Below, piece by piece: positions 14,450-27,444 of a stretch of DNA of 64,000 nucleotides; position 1 is the first letter of the stretch; every line of letters starts with the position of its first letter. This DNA is from Octopus vulgaris (taxonomy: Eukaryota). The notes below the pieces were generated by a model. It was not told the origin of the DNA. It worked only from the letters and a program-made list of their open reading frames with translations, and made no database searches. The position numbers and the translations under genes were made by a program. Where the stretch lies: contig OX597823.1 in NCBI GenBank assembly GCA_951406725.2, positions 70,618,001 through 70,682,000 on the forward strand, read 5' to 3'.

Positions 14450-15485
<1,036 letters not shown>

Positions 15486-15562
15486 TGTGCAAGGGTATAC
15501 ATAATTAAACACTCATTCATTCCACCCCACACCTATTTAGTTCAACGTTGTCGATGGTTACA

Positions 15563-15965
15563 TCTTTTACTTGTTTCAGTCATTTGACTGCGGCCATCCT
15601 GGAGCACCGCCTTTAGTCGAGCAAATCGACCCCCAGGACTTATTCTTTGTAAGCCTAGTACTTATTCTATCGGTCTCTTTTGCCGAACCGCTAGTTACGC
15701 GGACATAAACGCACCAGCATCGGTTGTCAAGCCAAGCAATGTTGAGGGGACAAACACAGACGCACAAACACTGACATATACATATATATATACATATATA
15801 CGACGGGCTTATTTAAGTTTCCGTCTACGAAATCCACTCACAAGGCTTTTGTCGGCCCGAGGCATATAGTAGAAGACACTTGCCCAAGGTTCCACGCAGT
15901 GGGACTGAACCCGGAACCATGTGGTTAGTAAGCAAGCTACTTACCACACAGCCACTCCTGCGCCT
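15563..15965 (-). mobile_element. tRNA-derived SINE family A, near full length
   Basis: Head GGCGCAGGAGTGGCTGTGTGGTAAG (A box)...GGTTCAGTCCC (B box), central (TA)n, tail GGCGGTGCTCCAGGATGGCCGCAGTCAAATGACTGAAACAAGTAAAAG. Confidence 0.9.
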
Positions 15966-16164
15966 ATGCTATAGTAAAAAGAATTGATGAACGACGTTAT
16001 GAAGTTGAACAATTTCATGTAAGAATTATAAACAATTGGAGAAAATATCCAAACAGAGAGTATTTCTAAAGGATAAATGAAAACTAGTATGGCATATAAA
16101 ATTGGACAATGTACTAGAAACAACGCGTTGAAAATCTGTTTGAATCAACGTGGAAAGATTTTGT

Positions 16165-16228
<64 letters not shown>

Positions 16229-16329
16229 GTGAGTATGTGTGTGTGTAGGGAGAGTTTAAGGTACACCAAGTAATTAAAAGCAACATAGGAAAAACAAAAC
16301 CATCAAAAACGTAAGCACAACATACTCCC

Positions 16330-16960
16330 AGGTTATATCGGGGCTGTCATTTTTCTGTCGATGTTACCCAGCACGCTTACGACGAAGATTTCAGAGGATT
16401 CTAGTTACAGTAGGGCCGCGACCAGGTTCTCTGCCCACTCTCTATGATGTTACAGTAGCAGCTGTCTTTGGGGTTCAAGAGAGCTATATGGTTATTTGAA
16501 GCTGTGAGCCACACAGTTCTTCTGAGTCTTGGCGGACATAAATAATCCTCTCTTCATCACCTAGAAGCTGTAGCCGATGTTCTGCTGCACCATCAGTCTG
16601 ATAAGAAGTCTCGACCCACTTCAGCTACTTGGTGATTACCCTCATCGTGTCACTCGGGTTACCGTTTGGAATATCATGCACCTGCAGGACGAACTCCGTC
16701 ATTCTGACAACGTTGGACTGCTGAGAACCTTTCTTTCTCTTGGTCAAGGATGACACGTACCTCACCAGAAACCCCTTTTTTGTTCAAGAAGCTTGTGACA
16801 AAAGTATAATGAACTCTTTACTTGTCTGATTTTCCCAGCGCTCCATCTGTGCACCCCCACCAAGAGCATATGGCCAAAGTTACCAAAGGGAAATAAGAAA
16901 CGTATTCCACAGCTTCAACGGGTTCAGTCTTCTCTTTATAACCCGAAGACACTTAACTTG
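16330..16960 (+). mobile_element. Highly decayed RTE-like RT remnant
   Basis: Traces LVTVGPRPGSLPTLY (cf. VGVHQGSVLSPLLF) and HFSYLGD (cf. FRYLGD) in the expected order. Confidence 0.35.
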
Positions 16961-17096
16961 GCCAGTTCTAGGTGAGACACTCATCTCTAGTACAACCAGG
17001 TTTGAAGTTTATGCTACTAGGCGCCCCACCCTGCAACACCTGCAACAATAACATTTTATTCATAAAACATAAGATCTCATATGTTATATCTATCTG

Positions 17097-17359
<263 letters not shown>

Positions 17360-18254
17360 GATCAATAGGGATCGTTATCACAGAAATGTCAATATGAAGT
17401 GTAAAGGGAGGACAGGTGAGGTTTACCCGTGGAAAGAAAAGCCTACGGAAAAGACCACGGTAACCTCGGTCAATGGAGTCACATGTTATATTTCTTTCTT
17501 TTTTTTTTTTTGCAAATAAGCAACTCTCTGTTTTCAATTTCTGGGTTCATAGGACTATGCTCAAGGTGGCTTCGTCATTCATACGTGCCATTCTTGCTAC
17601 ATTCACCCATCTTTTTTTAAAACATTCGCTAGACAAAACTTGCCTCTCTACTCTCACTTTCCTTTTCAAGTGGTACTTGAAGAAGTTGATGAGAGATTGA
17701 CCAGAGAGGAAAGTGTTTGTCTCCAATCCTTTCAGACGCGTCCACCAGATACATTCTTTCGCCATAGCCACAAGGATGATGAAAATAGCTCTTCCTTCCC
17801 GTTTGAAGGAGGGAGGCGTGACAATATTAACGATAGACTCAGCTGATAAACCGACTCGTCCCACACGTAACAGCAGTTGTTCGACACAAGTCGTCCTGAA
17901 CAGGCGGGTCAGGTACTCCTCGTCGACGTCCAGGTTCGCCCCGAGCTCGTCGTCGTACCTCCCCTCCACTAAACCCCTATAGAATGCTTTGGTTGTGTTG
18001 AAGTCACTCAAGGTCGACCCAGGACGGCAGAGTTGCTTGAGAGCAACGCGACACTCGCGGTGCCATTCGCCCTTCTTCGGCCTTTTTTTTTTTTTTCTCT
18101 CCCCCTTTTTTTTGTCCTCTTTCTCTCCTTTTACGATCCCTTTTGATCGAAACTCCCCCTTCCTTTTTTTTTTTTTTTTAAACATTCAAAAGAAAAGCTC
18201 TACCTTGTAATTTGTTCTATCTGTGTGCAGCCCTGTGTGGCTAATAAAGAAACA
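17360..18254 (+). mobile_element. L1/Tx1-like LINE copy 1: 5'-inverted segment (17360-18082) plus forward 3' end (18083-18254)
   Basis: 17360-18082 is the reverse complement of 18636-19545 with a 195-nt internal deletion; 18083-18254 matches 19546-19699; flanked by (TATC)n. Confidence 0.9.
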
Positions 18255-18337
<83 letters not shown>

Positions 18338-18338
18338 G

Positions 18339-18380
<42 letters not shown>

Positions 18381-18381
18381 G

Positions 18382-18410
<29 letters not shown>

Positions 18411-18413
<3 letters not shown>

Positions 18414-19699
18414 GTGGAAAGGATGCGTCCCGATGGTCAGGCGATCCATTTGCTGTCAATACCCGTTAAAAGGAGGGTTGGGCATGCCGTGGTTGATGAT
18501 GCTCAGACATGCGCTGGGACTGCGACATCTCCAGCTCTATGTAGACGACGGTGAACAGGTGTGGTTGCCGTTTGTGAGGCACGCTTTCCAGCAGCTCGTC
18601 TCCATGACAGAACTGCAGTCGTGGATCAAAAAGAGGCCGAGGAAGGGCGAATGGCACCGCGAGTGTCGCGTTGCTCTCAAGCAACTATGCCGTCCCGGGT
18701 CGACCTTAAGTGATTTCAACACAACCAAAGCATTCTATAGGGGATTAGTGGAGGGGAGGTACGACGACGATCTTGGGGCGAACCTGGGCGTCGACGAGGA
18801 ATACCTGACCCGCCTGTTTGAGACGACTTTCGGGCCGAGACCTATGGACAACTTCCAGAGATCCCTGGCCTGGCAGTGCTACCGAGAAGCGATACCCGTT
18901 CGGGATAAGCTCTATAGGCATGGCTCGAGAAACACGGGGCCGACCTGCCCGAGATGCGGTCAGAGCGACGAAACCGTTCTGCACGCAATCGTGCAGTGTC
19001 CAACAATCTCCGACCTGTGGGCTTATGTCGAACGACTGCTGTTACGTGTGGGACGTGTCGGTTTATCAGCCGAGTCTATCGTTAATATCGTCACGCCGCC
19101 TTCCTTCAAACGGGAAGGAAGAGCTATTTTTATTATACTTGTGGCTATGGCGAAAGAATGTATCTGGTGGACACGTCTGAAAGGATTGGAGGCAAACACT
19201 TTCCTCTCTGGTCAATCTCTCATCAACTTCTTCAAGTATCACTTGAAAAGGAAAGTGAGAGTAGAGAGGCAAGTTTTGTCTAGTGAATGTTTTAAAAAAA
19301 AGATGGGTGAATGTAGTAAGGAGGGCACGTATGAATGACGAAGCCACCTTGACTATGATCCTATGAACCGTAAAAATTAATATAGAGAGTTGCTTATTTG
19401 TAAAAAAAAATATAACATGTGACTTCATTGACCGAGATTACCGTGGTCTTTTCCGTAGGATTTTCTTCCCACGGGCAAACCTTACCTGTCTTCCCCTTTA
19501 CACTTTACATTGACATTTCTGTGATAACGATCCCTATTCATCGATTTTTTTTCCCTTTTTTTTTTTGCTTTTCTCTTTCCTTCCATTTACGATCCCTTTT
19601 GATCGAAAACCAACCCACCTTTTTTATCTCCAAAAAGAAAAGCTCTACCTTGTAATTTGTCCCGTCTGTGTGCAGCCCTGTGTGGCTAATAAAGAAACA
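18411..19699 (+). mobile_element. L1/Tx1-like LINE copy 2, 5'-truncated ORF2 C-terminus plus 3' UTR
   Basis: GGLGMP motif, zf-RVT-type CPRCGQSDETVLHAIVQC, IWWTR; T-rich 3' UTR, AATAAA then (TATC)n. Confidence 0.88.
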
Positions 19700-19757
<58 letters not shown>

Positions 19758-19869
19758 GATGGATGGATGGATAGGTAGATAGAGAGATAGAGAGATAGAT
19801 GGATAGATGGATTGATGGATGGATGGTTGGATGGATGGATAGATGGACAGATACGTGTGTGGGTGTGTT

Positions 19870-20780
19870 GTGTATGTATGCGTGCCTAACAACTATGAAG
19901 GCAAGATGATAGAGTTTCATAGCGTTAACAACGCAAAGAAATAAAACAAAATTTTGCAAGCGATAAATTGGGATTATGAATGACGTTCCCTCTACTTCTA
20001 AAATTCCATCGAAGAAAACTGTTGACGCTAAAGGAATTAAAACCATAACCGTGAAAATTTCAGGACACACTCACTGAAAGATACCTTCATTGCTGATCTT
20101 GTTATCACCGCATTCCTTAGTATCATCACGATTGCTAAGTTTTCATCAGAAAGAGAAATATCTAGAGAAGTATTTCTCTTAGATTTTTAAACGTTAAGAG
20201 ACAGTATATAGATATTTTCAAAAAGGAAAATACCTAAACGTACACATGTTCATATCCATTCAAAATGACGGATGGTTGGATGAAGATGAAATAAATCTAT
20301 ATATCAAAAAGATATGGACAAAACGATCCGTGGGGAATGTTGAAAAACCATCCCTTCTAGCACTTCATGCATTTTGATCTTATCTGATTGATTTAATGAA
20401 AATGGAGTTACAGAATTATAAGACAGCAATGGTAGGTTTACCTGAGGGCTTACCTCTCTGTTACAGTTTTTTGATGTTTCTGCCTTTCATGCGTGAAGAA
20501 TAGAATAAGTATATGAATGTTTTAACTCAAAATGACTGTACCGCGATTTGACGCATAAAGAGACCCAATGCTGAAAAAGTGTGCCAGTCAGCTACAAACC
20601 AGGGAATGCAATGAAAGAAGAGACTGTTGCGACGCGGACATGAAACGAGATCTGAACAGTTGAGAGAAGCAGTGGAGAGGAATTTGAAAGTTTCGAAGAT
20701 GGCAGCAGTGAAGAATTTGAAAGTTTCCAAGACGGTATCAGCGCAGATGAAATGAAAACTATGAAGATAACAGCGAGAGT
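19870..20780 (+). mobile_element. Degenerate pogo/Tigger-like transposase remnant
   Basis: Traces KTVDAKGIKT..VKISGH, GWLDED, LL.L.AF, PEGLTS..Q.FDV typical of DDE_1 transposases. Confidence 0.55.
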
Positions 20781-21010
20781 AAATAATCATTTCGCTACAC
20801 ATCCTGGCACTTTTGCATATTTATAGATATACCAAAGGTAATAATTTTACGTGAGCATTCAAGTTTTTTTTTTAATTGTTGCCATCAATCTCATTCTGAG
20901 ATTTAATTATGCTTACTGTTCGTTTTTCGACATCAGTGGCAGACGCCATTAGAAAAAACTTATATCTATTTGCAAAGGAGCCTTCTCTTTCATCGCTACC
21001 TGGTGGTTAC

Positions 21011-21053
21011 CGCCCGTTGACGAGGGACAACAATCCCGAAACTAGTTCGAGCG
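21011..21053 (+). ncRNA. Degenerate minimal (type I) hammerhead ribozyme motif
   Basis: CGCCCG-TTGACGA-GGGA caacaa TCCC-GAAA-CTAG-TT-CGAGCG: stem I 5/6 paired, core CUGAnGA with one change, stem II 4 bp, palindromic ACTAGT stem III. Confidence 0.5.
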
Positions 21054-21686
21054 TATCACTCAGGCTTGCGAGGAAGGGATGGCCTCCCTTTGCAAATACT
21101 CCAAGGACACAGATATTGTGTCTAAAGCCAGCTTGAGACGAAGATCTCTTGGGGCTATAAAGCTACAGTAACACCCCCTCCCCAATGTGGTTAGCCATGA
21201 TAAGATGGCTTCTATACTGTATATTTATTATTTCCTATTTAAGTGATTCTTATTTCATATTTTGATATTTTCTTATCTGTGTGGTAAGAAACTCTCAAGA
21301 GAGCCGAACAGCAAAAAGTCACCAGGGAAGAAACCCGTCCAGGCAAGTGTTTCGGCTCTTAACTTCTTACACTCGGAGGAGGCCTGGCCGCACCCAGGTT
21401 ATGATTCCTGGGTGTCCTTCTGCTGACGTTTTTTTTAGCCACTTGGATATCGGAGACTTGTGCATTTAAACCGTTCGGAGATTTCATCTCGTTGGAATTC
21501 CTCTCTGTTGACTCTGATAACTTTTTATTGTCTGTACAGAAGTAGTGTATTCGAAATACCTATATGGTATAAAGATACGAGTTTTTTTTTTCCAAAAAGA
21601 ACCAGCTATTTTCTTAAATTTAAATAAATTTTCCCTTAAATTTCACCCTCAAAATTAGGGTGCATATATATGAGCGTGTATGTGTG

Positions 21687-21791
<105 letters not shown>

Positions 21792-21939
21792 GCGAGAATG
21801 AAGCAACAAGAATGGATAGGTTTTTAGTACAATCGTTTCATACAAGGACAGGTTTTATTAAAAGTTGCAAAAATAAAACCTGTCCTTGTATGAAACGATT
21901 GTACTAAAAACCTATCCATTCTTGTTGCTTCATTCTCGC
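21792..21939. repeat. Perfect inverted repeat, 68-bp arms, 12-nt loop
   Basis: 21792-21859 is the exact reverse complement of 21872-21939. Confidence 0.95.
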
Positions 21940-22079
21940 TTATAATCACCCCACATTACTGTATTGTTAAATCAGTATAGTTTTTTTGGTGCATCTAAGT
22001 TAGGTACCATATTCAAGTAAATTCATTTAAATTAACTTGAATCTTTATTGCTTTTTGTATATATATATATATATATATA

Positions 22080-22643
22080 CAGGGTGCGATGGGAAAATTG
22101 TCGTCATTTTATGTTTTTAATTTTGCGCATTGTTTATTTTTGATTTTGTCGACTACACAGTATAGTAGGGTCAGTTGGACACCGTCTGTGAGAAAAACGG
22201 CACCATGATGCAATTAACTCAGCCAGAAATTTGGAAACAACATGCTGTACTACTTGGTATTCGCGCCAGAAGCTTTAATACGAACATTTTAGAGTGTTTG
22301 TGTGTCAATCTGAGGACAGTGTAATCTCAGGACATGTAACGCGAGTGATAAAAATCAAACATCCACTTAACATCATGGTGTTTGGAGTGATCGCTAGTGA
22401 TGGCGATGTTCTGCCTCCCTTCATCTTCCTACACAGTCTCGCACTCAACACGGAGGCCTACAACAAATGCCTGGAGGAGGTAGTGCTATTCTTGGTCAAG
22501 AGAGTGGCTGCTGGAACAGGATTCTGCACCATGCAACACAAGCAAGATATTTTTATGTAGTTTTGGTAAATATATCCGTTAAAATGAGATGTCAGTGTTA
22601 TTTTCATTTTTGCGTGATTTAGACGACAGTATATTCACCACAC

Positions 22644-22645
<2 letters not shown>
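22080..22645 (+). mobile_element. Internally deleted Tc1/mariner-superfamily element
   Basis: Imperfect TIRs (CAGGGTGCGATGGGAAAATTGTCGTC / GACGACAGTATATTCACCACACTG); peptide KHPLNIMVFGVIASDGDVLPPFIF. Confidence 0.7.
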
Positions 22646-22698
<53 letters not shown>

Positions 22699-22899
22699 CT
22701 GAGTACCTCATTTCTTCTAATATATAATACCTGTACATCATTTCCAAGCATTCTAATATATATATATGTATATATATATATATATGTATATGTATATATA
22801 TATGTATATATATGTACATATATATATATCTATATATCTATATATATATATATGTGTGTGTGTATATGTGTGTGTATGTATGTATATTATATATACATG

Positions 22900-23440
22900 C
22901 AGCATCCAACTCCCTAAGATTAAGCAACTTGCTTGACATAATTTGAAAACCTTTATGCAAATTAGTTCTCAGTTTCATCAGAGATGACATGGACTTCTTA
23001 AAGCATATCCCAGAACAAGTAGACAAAGAGATAGTACTAGTTAGCTTCGACGTAACTAGTCTCTACACAAACATTCCCCATATATATGTGGACTAGAAGA
23101 AGTAGGATTATGGATAAACAAACATTCACAAAGAATTCAGGAGAGATTCTCAAAAGAATTTATACTTGAATGCTTACAGATAGTACTGGAAAACAATATT
23201 ATCTACAAATACAAGGCACTGCAATGGGGACGAAAGTCGCGCCAACATTCGTTACACTAGTAATGGGATGCCTAGAAGAAAAATTCTACCCCCTATCCAG
23301 AACTACTTTTGACCACCACTTCCAAACTTACTTTATAGGAAACTGGAAAATATTCTTAGATGACTGCTTTATATTTTGGAACCGAAGTAAGGAGGATCTT
23401 ACAAAAATTCTTAAATTAATAAATAGCATCTTCCTGCGTT
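22900..23440 (+). mobile_element. Penelope-like element RT fragment
   Basis: FIRDDMDFLKHIP, LVSFDVTSLYTNIPH, YLQIQGTAMGTKVAP, WKIFLDDCFIFW are PLE RT motifs. Confidence 0.88.
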
Positions 23441-23682
23441 TAACAAAAATTGAGCGGTGTGTTTGCTAAACAAACCTCAGTTTTGTCCCTAAAAGCAACA
23501 AATGGACAAAACCAATAAGCTCCTTAACGTATTGATTACTTTATCTATAAAGCCATAACAAATTGTCAATATCTTTGAGTAACAATAGAAATAATAACAA
23601 ATTTACGAGAGCGATGTGCAATATGTGTCTGTAGACGAACAAACAAAATCATAATAATGATGATGATATATTATTAAAAATA

Positions 23683-23873
23683 ATCCTTTCTGCTGTAGAC
23701 ACAAGGCCTGAAATTTTTTGTGGGGAGAGTAGTCGATTACATCGGCCTCAGTGTTTCACTGGTACTTAATTTATCGACCCCAAAAGAATGAAAGGCAAAG
23801 TCGACCTCGGTGGAATTTGAAATCAGAAAGTAGCTTTCGTCCGGTGTGCTAACAATTCTGCCAGCTCGCCGCT
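23683..23873 (-). mobile_element. tRNA-derived SINE family B
   Basis: Head GGCGAGCTGGCAGAATTGTTAGC, B-box-like TTCAAATTCC, body TTTGCCTTTCAT..TTTGGGGTCGATAAATTAAGTACCAG. Confidence 0.8.
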
Positions 23874-24060
<187 letters not shown>

Positions 24061-24277
24061 TAAAATAAAATAAAATAAAATGCTACTGAGAAACATTATC
24101 GAGACGGCAAATTTTGCATATTTTCATAATTAAAATAATTCAATTTTACCAAACACAACCTACCATAACGATAGATTAAGTTATGTAAGATTAGATTAGT
24201 TTAGATACGAAAATATACAAAATATTTATATTCCAAATACCTTTCTCTATATTAATAGTAGGCATATTTTATATTGT

Positions 24278-24560
24278 GGAGGTGCAATGGCCCAGTGGTT
24301 AGGAGGGCAGCGGACTCGTGGTTTCGATTCCCAGACCGGGCGTTCTGTGTGTTTATTGAGCGAAAACACCTAAAAGCTCCACGAGGCTCCCGCAGAGGGT
24401 GGTGGCGACCCCTGTTATACTCTTTCCCTCACTCTCTCTTCCCGTTTCTTGAGTAACGCTGCGATGGACTGGCGTCCCGTCCAGCTGGGGGGAACACATA
24501 CGCCACAGAAACCGGGAAACCGGTTCCCATGAGCCTGGCTAGGCTTGAAAAGGGCGACGT
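24278..24560 (+). mobile_element. tRNA-derived SINE family C
   Basis: GGAGGTGCAATGGCCCAGTGGTTAGG (A box)...GGTTTCGATTCC (B box); related decayed copies near 49730 and 61480. Confidence 0.75.
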
Positions 24561-26674
24561 TTATCGTATATTTGATATTACTGCTATATTAATAGCAGTT
24601 ATAATTATTTACATTTGAGCGTGTCGTATGCCGAACACACATGCACGACGTCTAAAAGTATTTTAAAAAATTCTTTTTACAAAACGTCCTGCCTATTGGT
24701 GCTCAGTGAATTGTGTTTTAATTAGGTTTAACATTTTCTATAGCTAGAATTTCACATGTGCACAATATTGTAAGTCTAATTTTATTCTTCGGTCATAATC
24801 GAAAACTCGTTCAGAAAATCTCCATTTTCTTGAACAAATCGAAATATCTTGAAAAATTAAAAAAACTAAAATGAAACTTTAATTCACCATTTATAGTTCA
24901 CTTTTTAAGGCAGTGGTGACTGAAGCATTGATGGTCCTATTCCAGAGTATTCTGGCTATTTTGAATCACATTTGCTTCTGGAAGAAAGTTATTGGTTATA
25001 TTGTGATTCGATTGTCTTGCATTTTCTAACTTTCTACGGACTCCCCATCCCCAAAATTAATAATCAAATATAATTAATGAACCTGGACTATAGTTTTCTG
25101 AAGATAGTTTGTATAGAGAACTTTTGGTTATAGTTTGTATAGAGAACTTTTGGTTTGAAGAATACCAATCTAAATTCATATGGGCATAAATCGGACAATT
25201 TTGAATGTTCAATTGATTGAACAGGTATACAGGAATAAAAAAAATGATTCAATGTCTGGAATCAGGCATAATTGGCAACTCTGTTCATAAGTATTATGTC
25301 TTATTTCTTTACAGAGTGAAAACATGTGTTTCAGTCACTGAAAAATAGCTGATTATAGTGATTATATTCTCTATTAGTGACTTTGTTCTCTTTATCTATT
25401 AAAGCTAAAATATAGTCGTAGTTTTCATTGATAAAAAAATTCGTTTTCATTTATAAAATATATTCGTAGTTTTCATTGTTAAAGGAATTTTTCCATCTGT
25501 TTGTTCTATTTCTGTTAATAACATAATTCCACGAGTTTTCTTATAAACGCTTGAAAAGACGTTTTCCGTTTTGAAATTTTAGTTAAAGACACGCTTTTCA
25601 AGAGTTAAGTAAACTTTTTTATTTTAGAAATTTTATTGTATTCTATATAACTATTGATTGTTAAATTTGAATTTATAATTATTTGAGTTGTTAATGATAA
25701 TTTAGATATGTACATTTATTTGATTATTATTAGTATAAAATTATTATAACTGAATGTAAATTTTAAGATATTAGTTAGTCACTGTGGTATATAGATCGTA
25801 AAATAGTAATACGATTTTTTAAAGATAAGTTATACGTTTTTAATTTGATTTTTAATTTTTTAATTGTATTTCATAAATAGATTTTATAGATATTTATAAT
25901 ATTTATGTAAGTAATAATAGGCTAATTTATTTATTTTTGGTTATATGTTTATATATTTATTGATAGAGAAAATTTTAGATTTTTAATTACTATATTTGTT
26001 GATTATAATTTAGATACTTATTTTTATGTATTTATTATTTTATAATAATTAGATGTGAACTTAAATCTAAAAATATTAATAGTGATTATTTTGTTAAATA
26101 GTTTAGTAATTAAATATTGGAGTATAACTGAATTAAAGATATTCGATAGTTTATTATGATTTTTTAAAACCAAATTATATCTTCAAAGATAAATACATAT
26201 TTCTATCTATTTTTTTACCTTAAAAATTAAATATTTAACATAATAAATGTGTTGTAGGAAATAATCCCAATGCTTTAAGTTTCTAATTTAGTTAATGGAG
26301 TTTTTTTATAAGAAAAATTATTTTGTTTAATTTTTAAATAGATATTGTTTTAGTCTATTTGCTTATTTATTTAACTATTATCATTAACCTGAAGATTGAC
26401 TACAATTTTAAATCGAATTTATTTCAATTGAATTTAAACGTAATTGTAATTCGAATTTAATTGTAGCCATGAAACGTACTTAGTTCTTTTTTACTTATTA
26501 TATATTGATCATTCATTTTTATACTTTTTGAGATCTAGTTATAAGTTATATGTTTTATAAAAATATATATTATTTGTTATTTATGTTTTGGTTTATGTCG
26601 ATCACTGTTTGAGTTGCATAATAGTGGTTTTATCTCTAATTTATATTTTATATATATGTATATATATATAAATG

Positions 26675-26835
26675 AATGATGGGCTTCTTTCGATTTCCAT
26701 CTACTAACTCCACTCACAAAGCTTTGGTCGGGTTGGAGTTGTAGTGGAAGACACTTACCTAAGATTCCATTCAGTGGGACTGAACCCGGAGCTATGTTGT
26801 TGAGAAGCAGACTTCTTACCACACAGTTACGCCTG
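26675..26835 (-). mobile_element. SINE family A, 5' part
   Basis: Matches the head/body of the 15563 copy. Confidence 0.75.
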
Positions 26836-26942
26836 AACAAGTAAACCTGCAATTACTTCATGTATTTATTGTACAAAGAAACCACCTCACAAAACCTGCA
26901 TAAAAGTTATAGCAGCCAATTACTAGGATACTGTCCATTATA

Positions 26943-27335
26943 TAATCCTTTCTACTATAGGCACAAGACCTGAAATTTTTGCGAGGGGACTAGTCGATTA
27001 CATCGACCCCAGTGTTTCACTGGTACTTAATTTATCGACTTCGTAAGGATGAAAGGCAAAGTCAACCTCGGTGGAATTTGAACTCAGAACTTAGCTGCAG
27101 ACGAAATACCTATTTCTTTACTGCCTACAAGGGGCTACACACAGAGAGGACAAACAAGGACAGACAAACAGATTAAGTCGATTATATCGACTCCAGTGCG
27201 TAACTGGTACTTATTTAATCGATCCCGAAAGGATGAAAGGCAAAGTTGACCTCGACGTAATTTGAACTCAGAACGTAGCAGCAGACGAAATACCGCTAAG
27301 CATTTCACCCGGCGAGCTAACGATTCTGCCAGCTT
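26943..27335 (-). mobile_element. SINE family B, dimeric arrangement
   Basis: Full unit 27335-27110 followed by a repeat of the B-box/body with a different 3' tail. Confidence 0.82.
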
Positions 27336-27444
27336 ATGCAAGGTCAAGTTGCTTATTCGGTTTATTACGAGGTTATGTGATGCTTATTGTGTATGGTTAC
27401 TTAAAAAAAGTATTAGAGATATTTATCTTTTTTTCATAAAATGA

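Noticed and set aside
17547-18185. 212-aa minus-strand ORF with Lys-rich N-terminus
   Set aside because: Chimera of the antisense T-rich 3' UTR and the inverted LINE ORF2 segment.
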